Source: Alphaproteobacteria bacterium
GTDB taxonomy: Bacteria > Pseudomonadota > Alphaproteobacteria > UBA828
DNA length: 64,000 bases
Assembly (NCBI GenBank): GCA_965221125.1
Contig: CBDCRW010000003.1
Span: 160,001-224,000, forward strand
Direction of reading: 5' to 3'
This document shows positions 19,744 to 29,244 of the stretch, piece after piece. A program made the position numbers and the translations under genes. Below the pieces are notes generated by a model. That model was given only the letters and a program-made list of their open reading frames with translations. It did not search any database and was not told the DNA's origin. Position 1 is the first letter of the stretch. Every line of letters starts with the position of its first letter.

Positions 19744-20859
19744 GTGATCGCGCCCGGCGGGACCATCGGCATACTCGGCGGCGGCCAGCTCGGCCGGATG
19801 CTGGCGCTCGCCGCAGCCCCCCTCGGCTACCGCTGCCACGTCTTCTCGCCGGAGCCGGGCGGCCCCGCCGCGCAGGTCGCGGCCGCCGAGACCGTGGCGG
19901 ACTACGACGACCGCGCGGCGCTGGATGCCTTCAGCGGGGCGGTGGACGCGGTCACGGTCGAGTTCGAGAACGTGCCGGCGGAGGCGCTGGAACGCTTGGC
20001 CCGCCGGGTGCTGGTGCGGCCGGGCGCGCGCTCGCTCCGCGTCGCCCAGAACCGCATTACGGAAAAGGATTTCGTGCGCGGCCTCGGCCTCGAGACGACG
20101 CTCTATGCAGCGGTCGAGGACGACGCGAGCGCCGGGGCCGCCGACCGGATGATCGGCCGGCCCGCCATTCTCAAGACCCAGACCCTCGGCTACGACGGCA
20201 AGGGGCAGGTCGCATTCGCGGCGGGCGACGATCTTCGGGTCGCCTGGCGCGGCACGCTCGGCGGACGACCCGCGATCCTGGAAGCGCTGGCGCCCATCGA
20301 GCGCGAGGTCTCGGTGGTCGTGGCCCGCGCGGCGGACGGGCACGTAGCGAGCTTCGATCCGGTCGAGAACCACCACGTGAACGGCATCCTCGACGTGACT
20401 CTGGCACCGGCGGACGTTTCTCCCGCCCTCGCCGAGGCTGCCCGCGACGCCGCCGCGCGCATCGTCCACGCGCTGGAGCACGTGGGCGTGCTGTGCGTCG
20501 AGCTGTTCGTCACCACGGACGGCCGCCTGCTGGTCAACGAGATCGCGCCCCGCGTCCATAACTCGGGCCACTGGACCATCGAGGGCTGCGAGACCAGCCA
20601 ATTCGCGCAGCACGTCCGCGCCGTCTGCGGCCAGCCCTTAGGTTCCACCGCGCGGCGCGCCAACGCCGCCATGAAGAACCTCGTTGGCGCCGACGTCGAG
20701 CACTGGCGCGCGCTCGCCGCCGACCCGGCTGCACACCTCCACCTCTACGGCAAGGCGGAGACCCGCCCCGACCGCAAGATGGGTCACGTCACCTGGCTCA
20801 GCCCCCTCAACGCCCCGCCGCCTGAGCCCCCCTGGCCGCCCTCGGCGACAAAGAACTAA
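19744..20859 (+). CDS. purK: N5-CAIR synthase
   Basis: GILGGGQLGRML, EFENVP, GYDGKGQ, NEIAPRVHNSGHWT, RKMGH. Confidence 0.97.
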   Translation: MIAPGGTIGILGGGQLGRMLALAAAPLGYRCHVFSPEPGGPAAQVAAAETVADYDDRAALDAFSGAVDAVTVEFENVPAEALERLARRVLVRPGARSLRVAQNRITEKDFVRGLGLETTLYAAVEDDASAGAADRMIGRPAILKTQTLGYDGKGQVAFAAGDDLRVAWRGTLGGRPAILEALAPIEREVSVVVARAADGHVASFDPVENHHVNGILDVTLAPADVSPALAEAARDAAARIVHALEHVGVLCVELFVTTDGRLLVNEIAPRVHNSGHWTIEGCETSQFAQHVRAVCGQPLGSTARRANAAMKNLVGADVEHWRALAADPAAHLHLYGKAETRPDRKMGHVTWLSPLNAPPPEPPWPPSATKN

Positions 20860-21575
20860 CGGTTGCGGACCAGCGCGACGAAGTTGTCGTAGAGGATGCG
20901 CGCGTCGCGGTTGAAGGCCGGCATGTTGCGCGCGGCCTCCGCCTCGAAGGGCGCGAGGCCGTCGGGGCCGAGCGTTCGGTCCAGCGACTCCTGGTAGGCG
21001 GGCACGGCGCCCCAGTCGGCGACCGTCGTCGGCGTGAGTTCCACGTGGTACTGCAGCCCGTAGGCGTGGCGGCCGACGCGGAAGGCCTGGACCGCGCAGA
21101 GCGGCGACGACGCGAGGCTCACGGAATCGTCGGGCAGCCGGGTCACCGCGCAGCCGTGCCACTGCAGGCAGGTCACGGTCGGTTCGAGCCCGGCCAGCAG
21201 CGGATCGGCGCGCCCGGCCTCCGTGAGGTCGACCGTCATGATGCCGACCTCGGGCTCGGGCATCGTCTCCACCCGGCCGCCCAGCGCATCGGCAAGCAGT
21301 TGGTGGCCGAGGCAGACGCCGAGGAAGGGCATGTCGCGCTCCGCCACGGCCTCGCGGATCGCCACCTTCTCGTCGGCGAGCCACGGGTGCGCCTCCTCCT
21401 CGAACACGTCCATCGGCCCGCCCATGGAGATCAGCGCGTCGTAGCCATCGAGGGGCGGAATGGCCTCGCCCTCGTCCAGCTCCACCGTGTCCCAGGCGAT
21501 GCCGTCCGCGCGCATGAAGTCGCGGAAGATGCCGGGATGCTCGATGTCGATGTGCTGGAGCACGAGGAACTTCAT
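20856..21575 (-). CDS. Type 1 glutamine amidotransferase-like protein
   Basis: MGGPMD, GVCLGHQLLA (nucleophile Cys), QWH, LQYHVE; ATGA overlap with the upstream gene. Confidence 0.9.
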   Translation of the reverse strand: MKFLVLQHIDIEHPGIFRDFMRADGIAWDTVELDEGEAIPPLDGYDALISMGGPMDVFEEEAHPWLADEKVAIREAVAERDMPFLGVCLGHQLLADALGGRVETMPEPEVGIMTVDLTEAGRADPLLAGLEPTVTCLQWHGCAVTRLPDDSVSLASSPLCAVQAFRVGRHAYGLQYHVELTPTTVADWGAVPAYQESLDRTLGPDGLAPFEAEAARNMPAFNRDARILYDNFVALVRNR

Positions 21576-24043
21576 CGCGGGTTTCTCCGGGGTGCGAGGT
21601 CGCGGGCCTGCGGCGTGACGGCCGCGGCGAGGACGTAGAGCACCAAAGCACAGCCGAGCACGGGCGTGAAGCCGACATGGAGGGCGATGAAGGTCGCGAG
21701 CGACGCGCTCACCACCGAGGCGCAGGCGTTGATCCCCCACGCCCAGGGCACGAGCGCCGGCGCGCGGTCTCCGAGCGCCTTCAGCCCGAGCGGGAACGGC
21801 ATGCCCAAGAGAAAGCCGATGGGCCCGAGCAGCGCGAGCGCCACGGCGATACGCGCATGCGTCGGCAACCCCTGCGCGGCTTCGAAAACGTGGGGCAGCA
21901 ACCCGAGGTAGGCTCCGCCGACGATGACGATGCCGGCCGCGGCAAGCGTAACGGGTTGCCAGCGGCGGGCCAGGCGTGCGAGCCAGTCGGTCGCGCCGGC
22001 GCCGAGGCCCGCAAAGACGAGAAGACCCGCGAGCACCACGGCGATGGCGTAGAGCGGATGGCCGAGAAAGACCGCGAAGCGCTGCATGAACGCGATCTCG
22101 ATGAAGAGGAAGGCCAGGCCCAGGCTCGCGAAGAACAGCACGACACGCCAGCGTGCGGGCGTGGGCGCAGCCGCCGCGCGCGGGCGGCGGAGCGCGAGCA
22201 ACGGCAGCAGGATCAGCACTGCCGCCGCAATCGCGCCCTGCACCAGGGTCGCGACGAGGATGACGAAGCCCCATTCCACCAGCGGCAGGCCGCCTTGCGC
22301 GCGGAGCGCCAGCAGCTCCGGCAGCGTCGCCCACTTCAGGCTGTGGAAGAAGAACGGTCGGTCGTCGGTCGCGGGCCGGAGCGCGAACTTGTATCGCTCT
22401 GCGAAGTCTTCCGGCGCAGGACCGAGAATAGCGGCGGCCGCGCGATGGAATTCGGGCTCCGCAAGGCGGTTATGGCGGTTGGCGTCGGCCTCCGCCATCC
22501 CCGGATGCCAGACCAGGTCGAACGCGTAGTCGTTCGCGAAGGCGCGCAGCCCCGCAATCGCCCTCGCGTCCAACGGTCCCGCGCCCACCACCAGCGTCGT
22601 GGTCTTCCAGCCACGGATCATGGCGAGCTGCGATGCAGGATCGGAGACACCCCGCGCCTCCAGCGCCTGCCGCGCGGTCCAGAGCAGCTTGAGCGAATCG
22701 CGCGGCGGCAGCTTGAGCCAGCGCGTGACGGCGAGCACGCCCTCCGGCGCGAGGCGGCCGAGAAAGGTCTCGAACGCTTCGACCGTGTAGAGCAGCGACT
22801 CGTCCAGCGCGTGCACGCCCGCCGCCGCCGCGCTGAAGGAATCCACCAGGGCGATCTGGATGAGATCCCATTGTTCCGGCGAGCGCGCGGCGAAGCTGCG
22901 TGCATCGGCCACGTGCGTGCGGACCCTCTCGCCCTGCCACGCGGCCTCCTCCGTGCCCGCCAGCACGTCGCGCACGACGGCGAGCACGTCCGGGTTCAGC
23001 TCCACCGCGTCGACCGCGCGGGCGCCGTGGTGCAGCGCGCGCAGCACCTCGGCCCCGCCGCCCGCGCCCAGCACCAGCACGCGCGGGCGGTCGACCATGT
23101 GGTAGGGGAGCGCGGCGGTCTCGGCCTCCAGGTAGCGCAGGTCGGCGTCGGCCGGCGTGATCGCGCTGGGCGCGCCGCCGTCGGTGAAGAGCCCGATCTG
23201 CTCCGGTGGCCCCGCGGGCGCAAGCAGGCTGAGGCCCGGCGCATGGCGGAACGGCACCGTGGGGCTTTCGACCGCCGCGAGCCAGCCGAGCGGCCCGTGG
23301 CGCTCCGCGACGATCCGGGCATCGGGTGCGGTGAGCGCGAGGCTCAACCCCTTGTAGGGCGAGGGATGCGGGCGCAGCCAGTCGTCGGGGAGCGCTGCGG
23401 GGAGCGCGAGCCCGGCGGCGACCGCCAGCCACGCGCCGCCCCGCGCGAGCCGTCCCGCCCTCCCCCACAGCAGGACGATCCCGCCGGAGGCCGCGCCCGC
23501 CACACCCACGACCCTGAGCGCATCGGCAAGCGGCAGGGCGTCGAGCAAAAAAACCATGCCGAGCGCGCCCAGCCCCGCGCCCAGGAGGTCCATGCGGTAG
23601 AGCGCGCCCGCGCGCGCGGCGTGCGCCCGGAAGGCCAGCGCCAACGCCAAAGCCGCCGAGAGGAAGGGCAGCGACAGCACCAGATAGAGCGCGAAGAGCC
23701 AGGCGGGCTGCGCAGGGTCCCAGGCGATCTCCAGCGCGTTGAAGGGGAGCGACTGCACCAGCGCGAAAGCCAGCGGGGCGCCCGCGCCGAAGCCCAATGC
23801 GGCGGCGCCGAAGACCCAGCGAAACCGCGCGAGAAGCGGCCCCTGGAACACCGCCACCAGGCTCCCCGCCGCCCCAAAACCCAGCAGCGCCACCGCGATG
23901 ATCATGTAGGCGAAGTGGTGCCAGTGGACGATCGCCAGCAGGCGCGCCAGCAGGATCTCGTAGCCCAGCACGCCGGCCGAGAGCAGCGCCACGGCGATGA
24001 AGACGCCGGGCCGGGAGAGGCTGTACGCCCCCTCCCCCGTCAC
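21572..24043 (-). CDS. Polytopic membrane protein with central spermidine-synthase-like SAM-binding domain
   Basis: Hydrophobic N- and C-terminal helix bundles flanking VLVLGAGGGAEV...VDAVELNP...DARSF...DLIQI; ATDDRPFF; WAWGINACASV. Confidence 0.85.
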   Translation of the reverse strand: MTGEGAYSLSRPGVFIAVALLSAGVLGYEILLARLLAIVHWHHFAYMIIAVALLGFGAAGSLVAVFQGPLLARFRWVFGAAALGFGAGAPLAFALVQSLPFNALEIAWDPAQPAWLFALYLVLSLPFLSAALALALAFRAHAARAGALYRMDLLGAGLGALGMVFLLDALPLADALRVVGVAGAASGGIVLLWGRAGRLARGGAWLAVAAGLALPAALPDDWLRPHPSPYKGLSLALTAPDARIVAERHGPLGWLAAVESPTVPFRHAPGLSLLAPAGPPEQIGLFTDGGAPSAITPADADLRYLEAETAALPYHMVDRPRVLVLGAGGGAEVLRALHHGARAVDAVELNPDVLAVVRDVLAGTEEAAWQGERVRTHVADARSFAARSPEQWDLIQIALVDSFSAAAAGVHALDESLLYTVEAFETFLGRLAPEGVLAVTRWLKLPPRDSLKLLWTARQALEARGVSDPASQLAMIRGWKTTTLVVGAGPLDARAIAGLRAFANDYAFDLVWHPGMAEADANRHNRLAEPEFHRAAAAILGPAPEDFAERYKFALRPATDDRPFFFHSLKWATLPELLALRAQGGLPLVEWGFVILVATLVQGAIAAAVLILLPLLALRRPRAAAAPTPARWRVVLFFASLGLAFLFIEIAFMQRFAVFLGHPLYAIAVVLAGLLVFAGLGAGATDWLARLARRWQPVTLAAAGIVIVGGAYLGLLPHVFEAAQGLPTHARIAVALALLGPIGFLLGMPFPLGLKALGDRAPALVPWAWGINACASVVSASLATFIALHVGFTPVLGCALVLYVLAAAVTPQARDLAPRRNPR

Positions 24044-24049
24044 GTGGCG

Positions 24050-24796
24050 CTAGTGCCCGCCGGTCAGCGGAACGAAGATCACCGGCAGGATCTGGCGGCT
24101 GGTCACGCTGCCGTCCTCCCCTTTCTCAACAAGCAGCAGGTGCTGGGTGAGGAAGGCGCTGCCAACCGGGATCACCATGCGCCCGCCCGTCTTGAGCTGG
24201 GCGATGAGCGGCGGCGGCACGTGGCTCGCGGCGGCGGTAACAACGATGATGTCGAAGGGCGCGTGCTCGGGCCAGCCGAAGTAGCCGTCGCCGGCGCGCA
24301 CTGTCACGTTGTCGTAGCCGAGCGCGGCCAGCCTTTCGGCGGCGCTCTCCGCGAGAGGCTGCACGATCTCCACCGTGTAGACCTCGGCCACCAGCTCGGC
24401 GAGGATCGCCGCCTGGTAGCTCGACCCGGTGCCGAGCTCGAAGGCCACGTCGCCCGGCTCAGGCTCCAGCAGGTCGGTCATCAGCGCCACGATGTAGGGC
24501 TGCGAGATGGTCTGGCCGTAGCCGATCGGGAGCGGCCTGTTGAGATAGCCCATGTCCTGCAGCTCCGGCGGCACGAAGAGATGGCGCGGCACCCGGCCCA
24601 CCGCCGCCATCACCTCGGGCGCCAGTTCCGTCTTGCCGATCCACTCGGCGGTCTCTTCCGTGGTCTCGGCGACGGCCCGCACCATCTCGGCTCGCGCCTC
24701 GGCGTACGCATCGTCCGACTCGTCAGCGGCGGCAGGGCCGGCGAGCAGCAGCGCGGCGCAGACAAGCGCGGCGCGGCTGAGTCCAGTGGGTCGCAT
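24050..24796 (-). CDS. pcm: Protein-L-isoaspartate O-methyltransferase homolog with N-terminal signal peptide
   Basis: VPRHLFVP, LPIGYGQTISQPYIVALMT, ELGTGSSYQAA, GDGYFGWPEHAPFD, FVPL; leader MRPTGLSRAALVCAALLLAGPAAA. Confidence 0.92.
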   Translation of the reverse strand: MRPTGLSRAALVCAALLLAGPAAADESDDAYAEARAEMVRAVAETTEETAEWIGKTELAPEVMAAVGRVPRHLFVPPELQDMGYLNRPLPIGYGQTISQPYIVALMTDLLEPEPGDVAFELGTGSSYQAAILAELVAEVYTVEIVQPLAESAAERLAALGYDNVTVRAGDGYFGWPEHAPFDIIVVTAAASHVPPPLIAQLKTGGRMVIPVGSAFLTQHLLLVEKGEDGSVTSRQILPVIFVPLTGGH

Positions 24797-24822
24797 CGCT
24801 TGCCCCGCCGTCCGGCGCGCCG

Positions 24823-26466
24823 TCAGAGCGCGGCGGCGCGCTCCCTCAGCACGTACTTGCGAATCTTGCCGGTGGACGTCTTGGGCAGCGCGCCGAACAC
24901 CACCGTCTTCGGGCACTTGAAGTGGGCCAGCTCGCCCCGGCAGAACGCGATCAGCCCGGCCTCGTCGGCCTCGGCGCCGTCCTTCAGCGTGACGAAGGCG
25001 CACGGCGTCTCGCCCCAGGTCTCGTCCGGGCGCGCGACCACGGCGGCCTCCATCACTGCCGGGTGGCGGTAGAGCGCGCCCTCGACCTCGATGGTCGAGA
25101 TGTTCTCGCCGCCCGAGATGATGATGTCCTTGGCCCGGTCCTTGAGCTGGATGTAGCCGTCCGCATGCACCACACCCAGGTCGCCGGTGTGGAACCAGCC
25201 GCCGGCGAACGCTTCCTCCGTCGCCTGCGGGTTGTGGAGGTAGCCCTTCATCACCGTGTTGCCGCGCATGAAGACCTCGCCCATGGTCTCGCCGTCCGCC
25301 GGCACCGGCTCGAGCGTGTTCGAGTCGGCAACCATGAGCCCGTCGAGCGTGGCGTAGGGCACGCCCTGGCGCGCCTTGAGCGCCGCCTGCTCGTCGAGCG
25401 GCAGCGCGTTCCACTCGTCGTGCCAGTCGCACACGGTGACCGGGCCGTAGACCTCGGTGAGCCCGTAGACGTGGGTGACGCGGAAGCCGGCCGCCTCCAT
25501 CCGAGCGATGACCGCGGCGGGCGGCGGGGCCGCAGCGGTCATCACCTCGACCTTGTGGTCGAAGGCGACGCGCTCCTCCTCGCTCGCGTTGTTGAGGAGG
25601 TTGAGCACGATCGGCGCGCCGCAGAAGTGCGTGACCTCGTGCGCAGCAATCGCCTGGAAGATGGCCCCGGCTTCCACCTTGCGCAGGCACACGTGCGTGC
25701 CCGAATAGGCGGTGACCGCCCAGGGGAAGCACCAGCCGTTGCAGTGGAATATCGGCAGAGTCCAGAGATAGACCGGCCCCTGCGGCATGGCCCAGGTGAT
25801 GCCGTCGCCCAGCGCATTCAGGTAGGCGCCCCGGTGGTGGTAGAGCACGCCCTTGGGGTTGCCCGTGGTGCCCGAGGTGTAGTTGAGCGAGATCGCGTCC
25901 CACTCGTCCGCCGGCCAGGGCCAGTCGTAATCGGGATCGCCCTCGGCGAGCAGCGCCTCGTACTCGATCTCGCCGATCAGGTCGCCGCCTTCCTCCGGCG
26001 TGTCGTCGATGTCGATGACGGTGGGCCTTACCTTCGCCTGCGAGAGCGCGTCGGCAATGACCGGGGAGAACGCCCGGTCCGTGAGCAGCACCTTGGCCTC
26101 GGCATGGTCGAGGATGAAGGCCAGGGAGGCGGCGTCGAGCCGGTAGTTCAGCGCGTTGAGGATGGCGCCGCTCATGGGCACGCCGTAGTGCGCCTCCAGC
26201 ATCGCCGGCGTGTTGGGGGACATGATCGCCACCGTGTCGCCCTTGCCGATGCCGCGCTTGGCCAGTGCCGAGGCGAGGCGCCGGCAGCGCGCGTAGAACG
26301 CGGCGTAGCTCGCGCTGCGGTCGCCGTGAATCCATCCCGTCCGCTCGGGGAATACCGCAGCGGCGCGGCGCAGGAACGAGAGCGGCGTCAGGGGAACGTA
26401 GTTCGCGTCGTTGCGCGCGAGACCGGCCTCTTCCGGGCTCTTGTCGCTGCGCGTCCCGGCCATCAT
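24823..26466 (-). CDS. Acyl-CoA synthetase (AMP-binding enzyme)
   Basis: NYTSGTTGNPKGV, YGLTE, WFHTGD, DRAKDIIISGGENIS, PKTSTGK. Confidence 0.93.
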   Translation of the reverse strand: MMAGTRSDKSPEEAGLARNDANYVPLTPLSFLRRAAAVFPERTGWIHGDRSASYAAFYARCRRLASALAKRGIGKGDTVAIMSPNTPAMLEAHYGVPMSGAILNALNYRLDAASLAFILDHAEAKVLLTDRAFSPVIADALSQAKVRPTVIDIDDTPEEGGDLIGEIEYEALLAEGDPDYDWPWPADEWDAISLNYTSGTTGNPKGVLYHHRGAYLNALGDGITWAMPQGPVYLWTLPIFHCNGWCFPWAVTAYSGTHVCLRKVEAGAIFQAIAAHEVTHFCGAPIVLNLLNNASEEERVAFDHKVEVMTAAAPPPAAVIARMEAAGFRVTHVYGLTEVYGPVTVCDWHDEWNALPLDEQAALKARQGVPYATLDGLMVADSNTLEPVPADGETMGEVFMRGNTVMKGYLHNPQATEEAFAGGWFHTGDLGVVHADGYIQLKDRAKDIIISGGENISTIEVEGALYRHPAVMEAAVVARPDETWGETPCAFVTLKDGAEADEAGLIAFCRGELAHFKCPKTVVFGALPKTSTGKIRKYVLRERAAAL

Positions 26467-26554
26467 GATCTCCCAATCGTCGAAATGGCGCGCGATTCTG
26501 GGCGTGCCCCGCGGCGAATGCAACCGGACGGGCGAGCGCAGCCGGGGAGGCAGG

Positions 26555-27073
26555 GTGCGGCGGCTCTACCTGATGCGTCACGGCAAGGCGGAAGCCGGCA
26601 TGCCGCCCGGCGGCGGCGACCGCGAGCGGGCGCTGGTCGAGCGTGGGCGGCGGGAATGCCGGCGCATGGGCGCCTTCTGCCGCGAACAGTCGCCCGCGCC
26701 GACGCTGATCCTCTGCTCGCCCGCGCGGCGCACGTTGGAAACCAGCGAATCCTTCTGCGAAGGCTTCGGCGAGAGCCTGCCGCAGAAAGACGTGGACGGG
26801 ATCTACATGGGGAGCCCGGGGAGTCTGCTCTACGCCATCGCCGAGGCCGGCGGCGGCGCGGCGGGGGTCCTCGTCATCGGCCACAATCCCGGCCTGCACG
26901 CGCTGGCGCTGGCACTCGGTCGGCGCGGGCCGGGGCCGGCCTACGCGCGGCTGTCCACACGTTTCCCGACGGCGGCGCTCGCGGTCTTCGAGACCGGCAT
27001 CGACGACTGGGCCGCGTTCAGGCCCGAAAGCGCCCGCCTCGTGGACTTCAGGATGGCGAAGGAGTTTCGCTAG
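26555..27073 (+). CDS. SixA-like histidine phosphatase
   Basis: LYLMRHGKAE, CSPARRT, IGHNPG, FPTAA; GTG start after GGAGG. Confidence 0.88.
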   Translation: MRRLYLMRHGKAEAGMPPGGGDRERALVERGRRECRRMGAFCREQSPAPTLILCSPARRTLETSESFCEGFGESLPQKDVDGIYMGSPGSLLYAIAEAGGGAAGVLVIGHNPGLHALALALGRRGPGPAYARLSTRFPTAALAVFETGIDDWAAFRPESARLVDFRMAKEFR

Positions 27074-27081
27074 CCGGGACT

Positions 27082-28119
27082 TCAGTGCACCCGGTTCGTG
27101 CAGAAGTCGACCACGCCGAGGAAGGCGTCCTTCGCCTCCGACGCGGGGAAGAGACCGAGCGCGTCCCGCGCCATGGCGCTGTAGTGGCGCGCGCGCTCGA
27201 CCGTGTCGTCGATCGCCCCGTGCCGCGCGAGGAGGGCCATCGCGCGGGCGAAGTCGCCCTCCTCCTGCTCCTCCTCTTCCATGACGCGGCGCCAGAAGGC
27301 GCGCTCCTCCTCGTCGCCCCGGCGGAATGCCAGGACCACGGGGAGCGTGATCTTGCCGTCGCGGAAGTCGTCGCCGACCGACTTGCCCAGCACCGACTCG
27401 CGGGCGTCGTAGTCGAGCGCGTCGTCCACCAGCTGATAGGCCGTGCCGAGGTTGAGCCCGAAGCTCCTCAGCGCCTCTTCCTCCGCTGCCGGGCGCTCGG
27501 CCACCACGGCGCCGAGCTGGCAGGCCGCGGCGAAGAGCGCCGCCGTCTTCGCGTTGATCACCTTGAGGTAGGCGTCCTCGCTGGTCTCGGTATCGTTGGA
27601 GGTGGTGAGCTGCATCACCTCGCCCTCGGCCAGCGTGGCGGCGGTATCGGCCAGGATGCCGAGCACGCGAAGCGAGCCGTCGGCGACCGAGATCTGGAAC
27701 GCGCGGCTGAACAGGAAGTCGCCGACCAGAACGCTCGGCTTGTTGCCCCACACCGCGTTCGCCGTCGCCGCGCCCCGCCTGAGCGCGCTGTCGTCGACCA
27801 CGTCGTCGTGGAGCAGCGTCGCGGTATGGATGAACTCGACGCAGGCCGCAAGGTCGATGTGGCGCTTGCCCGTGTAGCCACAGAGCCGGGCGGAGCCCAG
27901 CGTCAGCATCGGCCTCAGCCGCTTGCCGCCGGCGGCGACGATGTGCGCCGCAAGCTCGGAAATGAGCATCACCGAGCTCTGCATGTTGTCGAGAATGACG
28001 CCGTTCACGGCGCGCAGGTCATCCGCGACCAGCCCGTGAAGCTGGTCCAGCGAGGCGCCGGACCCCGCCTTGCGCCGCGCGGCGGCCCGCCCTTCCAGCG
28101 GCACAACCGTGTCTGCCAT
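27082..28119 (-). CDS. ispB: Polyprenyl (octa/decaprenyl) diphosphate synthase
   Basis: GGKRLRP, LLHDDVVD...RRG, GDFL, KTA, QLVDDALDY, GDDFRDGKITLP. Confidence 0.93.
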   Translation of the reverse strand: MADTVVPLEGRAAARRKAGSGASLDQLHGLVADDLRAVNGVILDNMQSSVMLISELAAHIVAAGGKRLRPMLTLGSARLCGYTGKRHIDLAACVEFIHTATLLHDDVVDDSALRRGAATANAVWGNKPSVLVGDFLFSRAFQISVADGSLRVLGILADTAATLAEGEVMQLTTSNDTETSEDAYLKVINAKTAALFAAACQLGAVVAERPAAEEEALRSFGLNLGTAYQLVDDALDYDARESVLGKSVGDDFRDGKITLPVVLAFRRGDEEERAFWRRVMEEEEQEEGDFARAMALLARHGAIDDTVERARHYSAMARDALGLFPASEAKDAFLGVVDFCTNRVH

Positions 28120-28244
28120 CGACCCTCTCGCTTGACGACGCGCCCGCGCAAGGGCATCCATGCGCTTGTACGCCGCCGTTACACTAGCATCTGCCATTCG
28201 GCTCGACACGGATGGTTGGGACTGCCGCTTAAGGTCGGGACGGA

Positions 28245-28457
28245 ATGATCGAGCTCCTGCGCACGAACGACCTGGTCAAGCTCTCGTTCCTCGACGCCGT
28301 GCTGAAGGACGGCGGGATCGAGACCATCGTGCTCGATCAGCACATGAGCGTCCTGGAGGGGAGCGCCGCGGCGATCCCGCGCCGCCTCATGGTGGCCGAC
28401 GAGGACGCGGACGCGGCGCGGCGCATCCTGCGCGAGGTGGGCGAGCTGGATGAGTGA
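28245..28457 (+). CDS. DUF2007 family small protein
   Basis: MIELLRTNDLVKLSF...MSVLEGS...IPRRLMV; usual position between ispB and the tRNA methyltransferase. Confidence 0.85.
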   Translation: MIELLRTNDLVKLSFLDAVLKDGGIETIVLDQHMSVLEGSAAAIPRRLMVADEDADAARRILREVGELDE

Positions 28458-29244
28458 GAGCGACTCCGCGCGGGTGACGAGCGACACGCTGCTGGGCGGC
28501 AGGGTCGCGCTGCAGCAGCCGGCGGCGGGCTATCGCGTCGCCATCGATCCGGTGCTGCTGGCCGCTGCGGTGCCGGCGTCGGACGGCGAGCGGGCGCTGG
28601 ACGTGGGCTGCGGCTCCGGCGCGGGCGCTCTCTGCCTCGCCAGCCGCGTGAGCGGCCTGCACGTCACCGGGATCGAGGTGGACCGGGCCTTCGCGCAGCT
28701 CGCCAAGGACAACGCCGCGCTCAACGGCCTGGAGGACCGCATCGACGTCCTGCTCGGCGACTTTGAGCGGCCGCCGCCGAAACTCTCGCCCAAGAGCTTC
28801 GACCACGTCTTCGCGAACCCGCCCTTCTTCGAGAAAGGCGCGCACCAGCCGCCCGCCGCCCGCAACCGCGCGCAGGCGACCGTGGAAGGCGCGGCCGGGC
28901 TGGATGTCTGGCTCGAATTCTGCGCGCGGATGGTCCGCCCCGGCGGCTCGATCACCATCATCCACCGGCCGGAGCGCCTCACCCAGATTCTGGGCGGCCT
29001 GTCCCAGGCGCGCGCGGGCGCCATCGTCGTCTATCCGCTCTGGTCCCATAACCCGTTCTCCGGCGCGCGCGCCAAGAAGACCGCCAACCGCCTCATCGTG
29101 CAGGCAACGACCGAGCACGGCGGGCCGCTGCAGCTCACCCGCGGCATGGTCCTGCACGAGGACGACGGCTCCTACGCCCACGTGGCGGACCGCGTCCTGC
29201 GCGGCGGCGCGGCCCTCGAGCTCCTGGAGGAGCAGGAATGCTGA
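28450..29244 (+). CDS. tRNA1(Val) A37 N6-methyltransferase-like protein
   Basis: QPAAGYRVAIDPVLLAA, LDVGCGSG, ANPPFF. Confidence 0.85.
   Translation: MSESDSARVTSDTLLGGRVALQQPAAGYRVAIDPVLLAAAVPASDGERALDVGCGSGAGALCLASRVSGLHVTGIEVDRAFAQLAKDNAALNGLEDRIDVLLGDFERPPPKLSPKSFDHVFANPPFFEKGAHQPPAARNRAQATVEGAAGLDVWLEFCARMVRPGGSITIIHRPERLTQILGGLSQARAGAIVVYPLWSHNPFSGARAKKTANRLIVQATTEHGGPLQLTRGMVLHEDDGSYAHVADRVLRGGAALELLEEQEC

Noticed and set aside
24050-27751. Apparent 1233-aa Pcm fusion
   Set aside because: The upstream part is an off-frame read-through of the acyl-CoA synthetase, sixA and ispB region; Pcm starts at 24796
21677-28248. Long plus-strand ORFs 21677-25072 and 24922-28248
   Set aside because: Antisense shadows of well-supported minus-strand genes
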